Positions 1 through 14,900 of a DNA stretch of 58,110 nucleotides are shown piece by piece. The stretch is from Conidiobolus incongruus B7586 (lineage: Eukaryota): positions 1-58,110 of the forward strand of contig JNEM01010327.1 in NCBI GenBank assembly GCA_000697335.1, in the 5' to 3' direction. Every line of letters starts with the position of its first letter. The first letter of the stretch is position 1. Below the pieces are notes generated by a model. The model made no database searches. It worked only from the letters and a program-made list of their open reading frames with translations, and had not been told where the DNA came from. The position numbers and the translations under genes are program-made.

Positions 1-812
1 TATAAATATAAATAACTAATTAATATATTAATTATAATATTCAATATTAATAATTTTAAAATTTTTCATAATTTCTGAAGGATTAATATATAAATATTAT
101 AACTATATTATTTGATATTAATTTATAATTTAAACTATTATTATTCAAAATAAAATATTAATTTGTTAATTAAATCCTATTTTAAAACAACAAATATAAA
201 TCAATGAAATTTATATTTGATATTATACAAGATATTAAATTAAAACATGTTATTATTATATATCAAACAATTTGAAAAACAGGATATTTTAATTACTCAA
301 AATTTAAAATATATATTATGTTCTGTTATGTATAAATGTTTGTGAATTCAGCTTTTTTGTTACATTTCAGTTATTTCAAAACATTCAAATTTAACGAAAT
401 ATATCAATGTTTGTATTATTAAAGTTGATTATTAATATTAATTTTTCCACTAGCAGCATTTTCTTATATTGACTACTAAAATATAAATAAATAAATTATG
501 TAATTGTCCCTGGATATTTAAAATTATTTTATATAACAATATTTTTTATATACAAAAAGTTTAATAAATCAAAATTATATAGGTTGATAGAGTAATGTAA
601 TTATTACGTAAATAGTGATCATCCCACAATTATAAGTAATAAATCTACAATTACATATAATTAATACAACTTTCACTCCACAAACTTAAATACTTGTCCA
701 ATACAATTTTAATGATTACTTTTTGTTAAAACATTAAAATAACTCTCTATTTAATCTATTTTATTAGATATTTATTTAAGTATTATTTAAAAACATAGTT
801 TCAAGATAAACA

Positions 813-1955
813 ATGTCTACCACATCAAACATTCAAGTGTTCAACAATACCTCCAAAAATACCACTTCCAACTCTAGCTGGTTTCAATATATTGTTAACA
901 ACCCATTGTTTTCTTCCATTTCTCAATATAAAAAATCTTTAAATTTACCCAATCCAGGTCAATATGAGCACTTACACAGAGAAGTCAAAAGTAAGATTGA
1001 TGTTTCTTCAACTTTTCAACAGCTCACAATTTTATGTATATAGATGTTTTTGTTACCAATCACTTAGTTGATGGTGCTCGTTTTGACATTACTAAAGGTT
1101 TGAGTCCCAACTTCCAAGTTGTTCACTCTTTTTCTCTTGGATCAGCTCAAGTTCCATCTAGTTATAATTTTATTTCCCTTTATGCTGATGAAAAGGTGAA
1201 ATAACTTGATTAAATACTAGAATATTCTTAATTAATATTTGTTGTAGATTTTCCTTCAAGGATCTATCGACAACGAGGGTAGTTTAAATGCCAGAATTCA
1301 CACTAGTGAAACTCAAGATCTTAGAGCTAAGCTTCATGCTCAAGTAATTTGTTTATACATTTCATCTGCTAAATATTTATATCATGATTTTTATTAGATT
1401 TCTAACCAGCCTGGCCACTCCATGCTCCAACTCGAAGGAGAGTATGCTGCCTCTGATTGTACTTTGAACGCTAAAGTTCTTAATCCCGGCATTGCTGACA
1501 ACACTGGTATTGGTCTTTGCAGTATCCTTCAATCAGTTACTCCCAACCTTGCTTTGGGTGCTGAAGCTGTTTTCCAACGACCTACCACTGAAATTGAAGA
1601 ATCCAGCATCTCATACACCGCTAAATATGCTACACCTAACTCTGTTTTCACTACTAACTACCAGCAACCTGGCTTAGTTCAAGCTTCTTACTTCCACAAG
1701 GTCAACGATATGGCTGAATTTGGTGTAGAATTGCAAGCTTTAGTTGCTCAAGGAAAGAGAGACGCTGCTTGTACCTTGGGTGCAAAATTCGATTTTGTTA
1801 AATCCACCTTCAGAACCCAAATCGATACAACAGGTCGTGTCAGTGCCGTCTTGGAAGAACGACTTGCTCCCTCTCTCACTTTGACTTTGAGTGGTGATTT
1901 AGATCACTTGAAGGGACAATCTAAGTTCGGTATTGGTTTACAAATCAACTCTTAA
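813..1955 (+). CDS. TOM40: Mitochondrial outer membrane import channel Tom40 (4 exons: 813-990, 1044-1195, 1248-1343, 1398-1955)
   Basis: N-terminal LPNPGQYEHLHREVK, then beta-strand repeats ending GDLDHLKGQSKFGIGLQ. Three GT-AG introns join the ORF-track pieces in frame. Confidence 0.95.
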
Positions 1956-3101
1956 GTAATATTTTTAGAACAAAAGACTGATTCATATGACTTTTTCCAG
2001 TAAGTCCTTTTGAATCAAACAATCTTAATTAAATTTATCACACTTGAAAATTTTGATTATTATTTATAAATCATAATTTCAATTAATTTAAACACATTTG
2101 CTCATGCCTTTTTACTTCTGATAGTTCTAATCATTGAACGCTAAAGTTTAGTCATTTAAAAAACTTTATTCTGCTGTATAGATTCTTAGCTGGAGTAATT
2201 ACTTAGTTGAATTGGTGTATTCAATCTGGAATAATCAAATCAAAATCTGTAGATTTCATGGTTTAATTTATTATATATTAAGTTTGATTAAAAATTGTTT
2301 GCTAATAAGAATTAAAACTGTTAAGGAATTAAATACTGTTATAGTTCATTGATGATATTTATATTTTATTAAATAATATTTTTTATTGTAAATGATGAAT
2401 CAAATCATAATTTTTTGTTTTAATTTTCCTTGAAAATTTATTGTTGAATTTGTGCTTATGTAATTAAATTCATTAAAGTTAATCAAAAAGTGTATAGTTT
2501 TATATATAGCTTGAATTAAAAATTAACTGCGCCTTAAGTACAATAATATAACATTATTATTTTTATAATCAACAAAATTACTTGAAATAAATTTAATTAT
2601 GTAGAAACTTAAGACAAATTAGTTACTTGATAATTTAATTTAAATTTTACAATTACTATTCCAATATATCAACGGACTCAAATGAAATTTAATTTATCGT
2701 TTATTCAAATATATTTTCAATGATTCAATAGTAAATATATTACTTTGAATGATAAATGAATTTTTCAGTTGATATTTTTTCAAACTTGTATTACCAAATT
2801 GACTAAGATTGGATTCATATCCAAAGCATCAGAGAACTATAATAGAAATTAAATTTGAATCTTCAATATAAAAGTGCGAGATGTATAATAGATAGTATGA
2901 CCATCTATGAAATTCGTATATGTCGTTCTTCAATATCTTGATTCTCATTATATACAAAAATATGTTTGATAACTATATAAAATTTGAATAAATGAAATAA
3001 ATTCTAAAATATAGTTTATCAGCAATATTCTATATTACATTAAAATACAAAATATTATCATTTATTAAAATGAATCAAATAAAAATCATTTTAGTGAATT
3101 A

Positions 3102-5610
3102 TTAGGTGTTAGAAATAAACATTTTGAAAGTTTCAACATAAATAGTGAATCCTTCGTTAATAGTAGAAGTGAAACCATTTCTTTTGTATGTGTTAAAACT
3201 TTTGCGTCGACTTCGGGGGTGTATTTTTAAGTCAACAATTAAATCTACGCGAAATGAAGAAAACAGTATGTGACCATGATTATTGGAAGGAAACATAACA
3301 AATCTTTCTTCACCTTGCTCATCAACTTGAGGGTAATACTCGCTCACATGGCCCGATTGAGATTGAATTGTTTGAGACAAAAACAACTCAACCAAGTGAA
3401 CAGATTGCGAAATGTTGTATACTTTGATAAGCTGTCTAACAAGTGCGGCGACTGCCTCATCGACTTTAATGAATAAATGAGTATTTATCTTGGGTATAGG
3501 ACGAATGAGATCTTCGAACTCTATCTGATTGATTTGATTACTCCTTCTTTGCTTCAAGGTATCGAAACAGTAATTATACGCTCCAATGACAGACGAGTCT
3601 AAAGATGGATCATTATAAGTGAACTGATTTAAATAATTTTGAATCAGTAACAAGAAGTGAGATATGGAATCATACAATTGGAACAAGCTTAGAATTAAAA
3701 TGTCACCAAAGAGTATTGGTACATCTGTTTCATCATCTGACTGGGTAGTATTGACTGTAGATGAGTCTTGTGTTTGATTGTTTGATATATTCTCCATTTC
3801 ATACTTTGGAATAGAGCTATCATGATCAATGAATGTAAAGGAGCTAGCTCTAAATATCTTGCGAATCAAAGATTGTTAAGTGAACAGATTCGTGTTTTGG
3901 TTACAACCTTCAAATTATGGTCTTTCTGTATCTTATAAAAGACTAAAGCGCCGATATCTTCATGAAAAGAAGAATGTGGATGTGTTGGAAGTACATAATT
4001 TCCAAGTGAGTTGGGTACAATATTGGGAATGATGAGAGGATGAAATAATTTGGGGTTATTATCCATGTACAATGGATAAAACTGATTAGATAGAGCGGCC
4101 TGGGTCAGGGATTTGGTATAAATACGTTTTTTTGTATGGGTCGATAGTTTTTGTTTTTGAAATTATGGTGCTTCTGATATCTCCATATCTTTTCCCATCT
4201 CTTTCGATCAGATTTCCATTTTTTCAACTATAGAGCAGCACGTTCAATAACGCGTTTCACAAGCATATTTGAATTGTGGCTGATTTCTGAAATTATATCC
4301 TCATAGCCAGTTCCAAATATCTCAGAAAGTGCATTGTTATACACGAAGCGTAATATAATCGGAGTATGATCCAGACCCTGCATTAATCGCTGTGCTAGTT
4401 GAGTTAATAGTGTCAATTTATTACAATGGTCTTCATATCAAAAAGAGCTTCTTAAGAAGGATTTTTTAGCAGATATTGAATTCAGATTGAAGTGCTTCAA
4501 AGAGTGCTGAGCAAAAATATCCTTGATTAATGACTGAAAAGGGTGAATTCAAACTTATTTGGATGGTTGAAAGTTTGATGTAAAGAAGGAATTGATTCCA
4601 TAAAATGGGATGATTTCCTAATTATTGGTATGAAAAGTCTAAAGTTCAGAGATATTTAGCTTGGATTGATTATAAAGTTTAATGAGACTAAGGAAGTTTA
4701 TAAGATTCTGATTGATTGAGATGTAGGCGAATCTGTGTGAACAATCTAGTGTCAATATCTTTCAAACTCATTAAATAATTAAAAGTGCTATTTTTAAGGA
4801 CTGGAGCATGTACAAATTTTGTAATTATTGGAGAGGCCTCTTCGACAGAAATAGCATGTTTTTTAAAGAATGTTAGAGTTTGTATAATTGTATTCATAGA
4901 ACTAGAGGTGAACTTTGTATCACTAGCAATTTTTTGCAAAAATGGGTCCAGAATTGAGACTTGTTCTTGTGAATAAGACCATGTAGAAGTATTCAATAAT
5001 TCATCTGTATTATCTGGTGTCAACTATGTATTGAAATTTGATATTGAGTTGTAATTAAAACAATTCGTTATATTTGAATAGTTAGTCTGATACTGCTTAA
5101 TTATTACTGGTTCATTTAATAATGCTTGGATATTTTAAATCGAATCAAATTTTATTTTACCCCTTGAATGAAGAAAATTTTATAGACCTAAGGACGAATA
5201 AAAGCGATATTTTGCAGAATATATTGATCCGTAACTTGTGGGATCCACCCAAAGATACGGTTCCAGAGTTAAAGGGTTTGTTTGTATTGGGAGTTATTGG
5301 GGATGTAGTAATAACAGTATACTCAAGAGTGGGAGGGGATTGTAAATGGTATTATGGGGTATGGAATGGTGTTAGCAGTTTAAGGACTTATTAAGGTCCT
5401 TTACCCCTTGAAGATTTCCAAGTTTCTTTATCTCATATTCTTATATTTTATATTATGGGAAATATATTCCTCTTTAATTACTCCTCTTTGATTCTCACTA
5501 ATTTCTTTTAAATCAAATATTCTGTTATGATGTAAACTCAAACCCCAATCTTATTCAGTTTATAATTATAATATATTAAATATTCCATAAACTCTCTGGG
5601 TTCATTTATG
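3102..5610 (-). pseudogene. Decayed long intronless ORF (~750+ codons) of unknown family; possible transposon or viral relic
   Basis: ORF-track pieces 4688-5023, 4228-4416, 3866-4072 and 3102-3869 are colinear on the minus strand. They can be joined through scattered in-frame stops and about three frameshifts, with no splice signals needed. GC is higher than in the flanks. The 5' boundary is approximate. Confidence 0.6.
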
Positions 5611-6240
5611 GCTAATATTTATAGTACCTTCACAGTAAAAGACGATCTTATTACAAAATACATTCTCAAATATATTTCAATTAAATATATTGTATTCAGC
5701 ATATAATATCTTGATAATCAAATTTACACCTCATTATTTATATGAATGATGATTTTACCTTAAGTTTTACTTATAAATAATTTATTGAAATACACAATCA
5801 AAGATACAATATTCAACTGTTTTTTATCACAATGCCATTTAATATTGAAAAGAATATTTCTATATTTGGTATCATGGTATCTTCAAATTAAATGATATAT
5901 TTATCAAAATAGTAAATTAAATTATAATACGAATAGATCAAATTTACTGAATTTATTAATTGTTGATAAAATATTGGTTTTATATTAATGAAATAAAATA
6001 TTTATTAATAATATTAAAACTTTAAAGTTATCAACATATTCACATATTGTACAAAATCTTTTAATGTTAGAAATGTTTGTAAGCAATAGTTAATTTAGTA
6101 GAAAACTTGAACCGCCAAAATTTTATTTATTCTGATCATTTTCAAATTTATTATAAAACAACAAATTCCCAACAACTGGATGAAACAATCAAATTATTTT
6201 TATCTAATTTGATTTGATAATTTTTTCAATGGATATTTTG

Positions 6241-6371
6241 ATTGGCCAGACCAATCTTAATTTTTGTGTGATCAATCGATTGATTGGTTATATTGAATTT
6301 TGATGTTAACTAGATAATGAACCAAATAATCCAATGAGATGCAGATTAAGAAATAAAATAAATGGGCCAAT
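6241..6371. promoter_or_regulatory. CCAAT-box cluster upstream of SET2
   Basis: ATTGG/CCAAT at 6241, 6251, 6283, 6331 and 6367, about 220-350 bp before the predicted start. Confidence 0.4.
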
Positions 6372-6588
6372 AAAAATGAGAGGGGAGATCAGATTTAGGA
6401 GAATCAGTCTGGATAGAGTTCAAACCATAATAAATATATTAGAATATTACAAATACCATTTAATCTTCATTCAACATTTTTAAAGTTATATTTAACGGTT
6501 CATTTTAGATTACTAACAATTTAAATATTTGTACAATATTTCTTTTACCTTCCATTTGGACAACTTCACAAGAGATAATATTGTTATT

Positions 6589-9393
6589 ATGATTGACTCA
6601 CATCTTAATTCTAATTTCTCTCAGTAAGATTTTTTTTCAATTCTCTTAAATACTTATTAATTTTTCAATTTTATTAGTAGCCAAGTATTAATGTCCTCTA
6701 ATTTTACTACACAAACACCAGATCTTTCTCAAACGCCGTACAGTCCTAGTGACTCTAATTCTCCGTCTTTACCACACACCAGCCTTTCTCCTGGTAAGAT
6801 AATTTAGACATTTTAATTTAATAATTTATTAATTCATCTTAAGAAGAGGACGGAGATAGTGACCTAATATTGACAAAATCTAATGTCGGAAGGCCTCCTA
6901 AACAGTACCCTTCTCACTATTTTACCTGTGACCCTGATCAAAGAGCCTTATTAGACTTAGTTTTTGAAACTTTTACATACATAGAAACCAACATTTATCT
7001 GACGCCTCCAAAATCCAAAAAAGAGGACCTTTTCATATGCTCTTGCAAATATCAAAAAGGTAATTTGTTTTTATACTTTATAAACTATTTATTGAAGTTT
7101 TATGTAGGAATTAGTCCTTTGGAAGATGCATGCGGTCGACCGGATTGTTCCAATAGATGTCTTTATATAGAATGTGATAAAAACTGTCCAACTGGAAAAT
7201 ACTGTCAAAATCGAAGGTATATGCTTTTTTTCTTATCAGCATACAGCTTTTAATTTGCTCTTCTAGATTTCAAAATCGACAGTATGCTAAAGTTAATCTA
7301 ATCAAGACACTAAAAAAGGGTTATGGCTTATCTGCAGCGGAGCATATCAAAAAGTAACTTTTTTATTAGATTATTATTCTATTTTTAATTAAAATTTTTT
7401 AAATTTAGGGACGAATTTATAATGGAATACGTTGGTGAAGTAATTACCACAGAGGAATTTCAAGACCGCTCTGTCTACTATTCCGAAGCTGGCTATGAAC
7501 ATTTTTATTTTATGCAATCTCAGAACGGAGAAGTATGTCCACATTTCTATTTCAATTTATTCAAATTCTCACCATATTTTTTAGATAATCGATGCTACTA
7601 AGAAAGGATGTTTATCAAGATTTGTTAACCATAGTTGCAATCCTAATTGTATATTGCAAAAATGGCAGATTGGCAATAGACATCGCATCGGCTTATTTAC
7701 TCTGAGAGATATTGAACCAGGAGAAGAGCTCACATTTGATTATAGATCCACTCGTTTCGGGTAATATAATTTTATAATTTTATTTATACTTTATCATTAA
7801 ATATATTCGATTTTTAGAGAGAAGGATCAGGTATGTTATTGTGGAGAAGAAAATTGCCGTGGATTTATTAGTAGCACAGAAAAACCTGGATCTAAGAACG
7901 TTCATGTATTTGATCCTGAAGATCCCTCGGTTCCTTTTTATGATGAAGATGAAGTAGCTGAGCATGTTAAATTAATGCGCCAATGCACTGATGATCCAGA
8001 GTTGGCCCTACTGTATTTGGGCAAACTCAATCATCCCAATTCGGAAAAACTCATTGGCGCTTCTATCAAATGTCAAGTTTTTATTGATCTTAATCAATGG
8101 CTTCAAACTTATGAAAATTATCCAGAAGTTGTCAAATGCTCTTTAGAAGCTTTAATCAAGCTCCCTTTCCAATATAGAAACAAAATCGAACAATATAATA
8201 TTGATGATACTGTTAAAAAATTCCTAACCCACGATGACCCTGAAATTGTTGAATTGGCTTCTGCTACTATTGAAAAATGGAGTTCTCTTAAATCGATTTA
8301 TAGGATTCCTTTAATGAAAAATTCTTCAATTTCTCAGCCGGCGGAAGATTCATCTCAGCTTCAATCGACGCCAACATTGGATACTTCAAACAGTTATAAT
8401 CTTCAATATCCTATTTATTCATCCGTTGATTTCAATTCAACGATATCTTCGTACAATCCCAGCAGCTTCAGAAGAAAACTACAGTATCCTCGTTATCCAG
8501 CTTCAGAACCCTTATCTCATCCTATTATCCATAATACTCGATATCCATATCCACCCCCTTATAACCCAAATGTCCGAATCAACACTACTAATCCTGTCTA
8601 TCAACGCTACAAGTCATCTGAGCATTCCAAACCTGCTTATCATCCCCCATCTAAATCTGTTTCACTCTCATCATCCCCCTCTCAAGTTTCTAAAATTTCT
8701 AATGACTCTCCTGCACCTTCTTCGATCATGGTTCGTGTTCCCATTCCACCCCCTCGAGATTCCACACCAACATATTCATACGATAGTATAAAAATTCATT
8801 GGGAAGGATTACCAAAACCTTATTCCGCATTTTTGTCCCCTGATCGTCAGGTATTTTTCTATAATAATATAACGAAAAAGGCACAATGGAATGCTCCAGA
8901 AGATTCTATTCCACGTATCGAAGGTCAATCACAGGCGGCAATTGATTCAGTAGTAGAAATGGCTAAACAATTTGCTGAAAAGACTCGAGTTGATTCAGGA
9001 CATGCATCACCTATTAACATCCCTAACTCAGAAGCTTCCAATGCTATACCTAGTTCAGATTGTAACCAAACACATAACTCTGAGAATCCCTCTAAACGCC
9101 AGACATCTAGTTCAACGACACCAAATAAGGAATTAATTACCAAGCTTCGGGCACAACTTTGTGACGCAGTCCGCAAATCATTTAGTTTATATCAAAGCCG
9201 AATGGATAGGGAGATATTCAAAAAGCACTGTCGAAAGATTGTACATATATTGCTCAGCAAAGAACAGAAATCACGAGACTTCCGCAAAGGCAGACTCATT
9301 CCTAATGACGCCATTTTTCGTGAAAAAGTTCAAAAATTTGTTGACAACTATGCAACCAAATTACTAATTTTGCTTGATTCCAAACAATCATAA
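6589..9393 (+). CDS. SET2: Histone H3K36 methyltransferase Set2 (multi-exon; start ATG 6589 via intron 6624-6677, or ATG 6691)
   Basis: AWS (CSC...CSNRCLYIECDKNCPTGKYCQNRRFQ), SET (GYGL, EYVGEV, IDATKKG..SRFVNHSCNPNC, GEELTFDY), post-SET (CYCGEENCRGFI), TFIIS-N-like helical region, degenerate WW (VFFYNNITKKAQWNAP) and a C-terminal SRI-like domain. Confidence 0.93.
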
Positions 9394-11983
9394 TTTTTGA
9401 ATCATATGTAATGGAATCTTGTTTATTTTAGCTCACAATATCTGATTACAGTATATTTACAACTTCCGCTAATCTACTATATAAGCCTTTTTTCATAATC
9501 TAGCCTTGGATTCTACTAATTCAAAGGATAGATATTTGTTAAGGAATAGTAGGAACACTTGGACTAATCCAAACCCTGTAATAATATCATTTACTTGCAC
9601 ACTAATTTCGCTGCATATAGATCATTTGCATTAGTGTCACTATTTAAATTCAAGATAATTTAATAAATGTTTTAAACAATATTATTTAATTATCCGAATC
9701 CAACTTTTGCGATCCATAGCTATTCAAGAATTAGATTTATTTTTTTCACAAAACTGATATTCAATTATCAATCATTCAATAGCAGAAAGTTATATAAAAA
9801 GGATATCAATGGCATTACTCTCTAAATAATATTCTTAAATATATATATCCTATATATTAACAACAAAATTGTAAGATCATATTATATTTTTATATCTATG
9901 TTATTTTTTATTCTATAAATCTTAAGCTGGCATTGGGGTTTTATATTTTTTTATACTAATAATATGATTAATTGAGAGTACACTACCAATAACTTAAAAT
10001 TGTTATTTGCTATATTTAGAGTTATATATATATATATTAATAAATTATGATAAATGACAAATTCAAATGTTAGCAATACGGTGATTATAAATGTTTTTTA
10101 AATTTATATTTGAAAAATAGATTTAACTTCAACAATTTCCATTGATAATATGTTTAATATAATGACAATATATATACGATATTTTTACTCTATTTCTGTT
10201 TCTGGTTATATTCGCATTTTATCTATAATCATTTTTATTAAAATTCCATCCTATATTGATTTTCAATTCGAATGATATTTATACAATCAAATTTTTTGAA
10301 ACCATATATTATTCATAAAACAAAGAATTTTCTCACTTTTATAGCATTATTACTATTTCTTTAATGAATCTCTTTATATTCTTTAATATCCCATTAATTA
10401 CTTCAAAAATATGCAATACTAAATATCAATAAAATTGATCACAGGTATTTACTAGTAAACCCAATGTCAAAATATTTTAATAATATTTTTTGAATTAATA
10501 GTCTAGGTATATCTTGAAATATTTTCGAAATAATTTCTGGAATAGTTTTCTGATCAAAATATTACATAATGTATGCAACGTGATTATAGATTATCACATG
10601 AATAATTTGGTTTTCCGTTAATCATATTTTGTTATATATTGAAATGATTTGAAAATTATTGGATAATATGGGTAATAAATTAATCTCGGGCTTGTAAAAT
10701 TTTGGTTAATATAAATAATTAGAATTTACTTATTAATTCATTCAAATTTTATGATTATTATTCGGTTCCAAGGCATATATCAATATAAAATCAATATATA
10801 GAATTTGTTGGTTCATGAAATATTTTAATTTCAAAAAATATCTTAAATTTAATATAATATTTCCTATTTTATGATCGATTGGTTAATCATGGCTATAGAT
10901 TATTCGAGTCCTATTTATTTGATTGTAATAATATAAGGATCAGTTAAGACCAAATAGATTCACTAAATTAAAAAATATTAGAGGATATCAACCTTAAAAT
11001 TATATTTTCAATATTAATGGATTTAGAATAAAATATTGAATATGAATTAAGAATACCTTAACTTTATACTTTAAATATTGGATGGTCTATATTCATATTA
11101 TTGGTTCTAAATCTTATACATCATTCAAGTTTAAATATTTATATATCGTTGTGAAACATGATTTAAATCAACATAAATTAACCAACCCCAAAACTCATTT
11201 TTTACAAAAATAACATGTGATATTATCACTATTTATTAATAGGTTGAAACCTCTATTTTATCAATAACAGAATTTAGATAAATTATCATTATTAGTATAA
11301 TAATCAGTTGGTTTATTACATCCGTTTATCATAAATAATATACATAGTATCAATTCTTAATTCAAATTTATAAGATACAATTAATTATTAATAATATACT
11401 AACTAAATTCACAAAGTGCTAATGACTATTGAGAGTTGCTATTGTAGAGAGTGATGAAAGATTGTATTAAACTATATTTTAATTTCCTTTGAATCAATTC
11501 ATTACATTTTTTTGGAAAAAATAATACTAACAGATTATCATGATAGAAGTTGATGCTTAATATTAAGTTAATAATAAATTTGATTTAAACAAATTACGTT
11601 GGAATATATCCTAAGAGTTTAGATTATACAGAATGCAACAAGAATAATCAAAAGCTGATATGAAAGCATATTTGGATAATGTAATTAATAAAGTCTATCA
11701 GCATTTTATCATTTTAATATGTTTGGTAAATTGCTACATTGTTTACTATCTTATAATCCCATAAATTTTCCTACCAAATATAAATCAACACATATGAATT
11801 GAATAGATGATTATAAAATTAATTGATATATTTAAAATCAGTTCAATCGATAGAATTTTATTTCTAAATAATCACACATTTTGAATTTTGTCAAATTAAT
11901 AAAACCATTACTTAACATTGAATAATTGTTGAGAGTAATAAGTGACTATTACATACATTGAAAACAGCAGTCATCTACAACAA

Positions 11984-14900
11984 ATGACAGATAATTCAGA
12001 TATAGCAGTTGGAACTAATTTACCAGACCCCGCCCAGTCACCAAAAACACCAACAGACCCATTTAACCTCACTCTTAATCCACTAGACAACAACAATACT
12101 AATCTAAAGGATATTACACATGAGCACAAGCTTCCTGATACTTTTGTTAATCAAAGAAAATTAAATCAGTCTATTACCGGTGTGTACTCTTATCCAGAGC
12201 CTCTTCAAGAAATCCAGTTAATTCTACGTAAAATATCTGAAATATCAGAAACTATTTCCATGGAGAATGTGTTCTCTGGAAATCTTTTTCGACTTATTTT
12301 AAACAGGTAAAACAGGCTATTTTATTAATTTTTAAACCCGGTATAAACATTCTACAAAATTAGAGAAGAAGAAGATATTATCATTCGAACTATACATAAA
12401 TATGGCTCAGAATTATGTAATTACATTTTTCCGTATCATATCAATGAAATATTCATTTTCTATTTTTTAGTATTACCAGAAAAGAGTCTTAATTTCAACA
12501 GAATAATCAAATTTATTATATCATCCTGTCCAATCCGAGGTGGTTCTAAATTTCAACCGTAATACATATAATTATTGATAATATTATTTATTTAATATCT
12601 ATTACTGATATTAGGCAGATAACAAATAGTGTATTTAATTCACTATTTTTTACCCAAAAATTGATTAAGCTACTCCTAAATTCTTTATACTTCGATCAAA
12701 TTATTAATCATTTCGAAGGTAATCAAATAGTAATATTATGATATGCATTTAAGGGATCTAAATATTTAAGCTTAATAGGCGTATCTAATGAAAGTAACTT
12801 TGCTGATCAAATAAACTATATCAACAGTACTAAAATTAATGATCTTTCATCTAATTTAAGTCCTAAATTAGAGCAAATTAAATTATCAGGTATTTTCGTT
12901 AAATCACTTGATATAAAAGTATACATTAAATTATATCTTTCCAATTCCACTAGATCATATAAGTGACAAACCACAATACTTCGTATTTATTGACTGGCTT
13001 ATTGAAGTGATTGTATATTTGGAACTTGGGTATTTTAGTTATTTTTTGTAACTAATCAAGAAATTTATCAACTGTTTTAGATCTTTAGAATCCATTAATT
13101 TTTATTATCAAGCTATAATAACGTTATTGACTTTAATTTCCCACGATTCTTATTCTCCAGATGAGCCTCGTATACTCAATTATATAATTAAAAATCATGG
13201 TCATAATGCTCAGAACATAGTCAATAGATGTTTACTGCTTTATTTTTTACCCAAATCACCGGACAGCTATAGCTTAACTGGTATATTTAGCTATGCATAT
13301 GAATATATATTTACAGGGTCATCCACAAAATCATCCAACAAAGATCACGAACGTCATATTGATATTAATTTGAATACATTACATTGTCCCAACACGCTCT
13401 CTTTTCTAGCTGTTCATTTAATTTCTCTATTGTGTTTTGCTAATTCATTTGATAAACCTAATCCATTTAGTCAAGTTTTTGAAAATTATTTTGGTAAGAA
13501 AGTTTATACAATAATATTCATTTATGTTAACTACAACTAGAATCAGTCAAGAATGAAGATATCAAAAATGACTTTGGCTTTACACAATTGAGTGTTAGTC
13601 AGGTTTATTACATTCTTGTTCCGTAATTATTCATACATTTTATTCATTGTTATATTCTAATACTAATTTAGTAACCTTCATATCGAAGAAACTTCCATTC
13701 TATTTTACATATTTTCAATTAAAAACTCTGAATTTGTGAATTTTTGTTGTTCAGTAACTGAGCCTGATAAATTGGTAAAAAACATGTTACAATTCAAGCA
13801 AAACCTCTAACTGTATTTATTTAGATAATCCCAATAATCAAAATGATATACGACGCAGTCACAAATAACCATAAACTAGCACATGTTCATATATTATTTC
13901 CACCTCTGCTAGCCTTTTGTAATGATTCCTTGTTTATTGAAACTTTGCAAAAAACAGTATGTATATTCATCATTATGATTTATCTCATACTCAAATTGAA
14001 ATCACTAGATTATACCTAAGCAGGCTTGGTTTCAGGAACGATTATTCCGATCAATACCTTTAAGCGAGTTAATCATGTTTGTTTTGATCAAAGTATTCAA
14101 TATCAATTTGATTGAAATTAAGGTAATCTCAGTATATTTTATATTTATCAAACTTATATTTACCAATTATTCTAGAACCAGTTTATTCATACACTCTGTT
14201 TATCATGTATTGCAAGTTTAGGAAAGCATTTACAAAACATTCAACCTATACTTGTACAGAAGCTTTTGGGGTAATTTTAATCTTAATTGCAAAACCTAGT
14301 AATATATATTTATTATAAAATAGTTTGGTAGATACAGGATGTAAAAACTTAGTCAAATATGGCCAATCAAACAGAGATCGAGATGACAAAGTAATTATAT
14401 AATTCCAAATTATATTATATCTAATTCAATTCAATTAGTTGGAAGGAATCAAAATCTTTGAAGAAATTATTTATATTCTACTGATCACAGTGAACTCAAT
14501 CATAATACGAGATTTACCGAATAGCTCACAATTGGTATACGGACTCCTTCAGCAAAATGACCGCCTTCTTCAGCTTCAATCACATCCATCCATTTCTCCA
14601 ATTGTTGAAAATTTGATTACAGTAATTAATCCAATATTATAGACTTGACTTCCACTAAACTCCATATTATAGATTGTTTCTTACTATCAATCCAAGTTAT
14701 CTGAAATTGATTCTCATTTAATGACTGCTGATGAATTAATGGAGCAGGTCCAACAAATTTCTAAAACATGTAAACCCAATAAACTGAAAGTAATTTATTT
14801 TCAATCACCATAGAATGATACTAAATATTGTTTAGAACTTACCGGTATTGCTGATCGAATATGATGAATCCGAACAATCTTATGGATTTTGGAAGATGTA

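Noticed and set aside
1522..1529. GTATCCTT, a U12-type 5' splice-site match
   Set aside because: It lies inside the continuous TOM40 reading frame (CSILQS). All introns I checked are ordinary GT-AG with U2-like donors.
4600..5450. Alternative genetic code (TAA/TAG read as Gln) suggested by many in-frame TAA/TAG in the relic ORF
   Set aside because: Genuine genes in the window end at TAA/TAG and have no internal ones. The relic also has TGA stops and frameshifts, so decay explains it.
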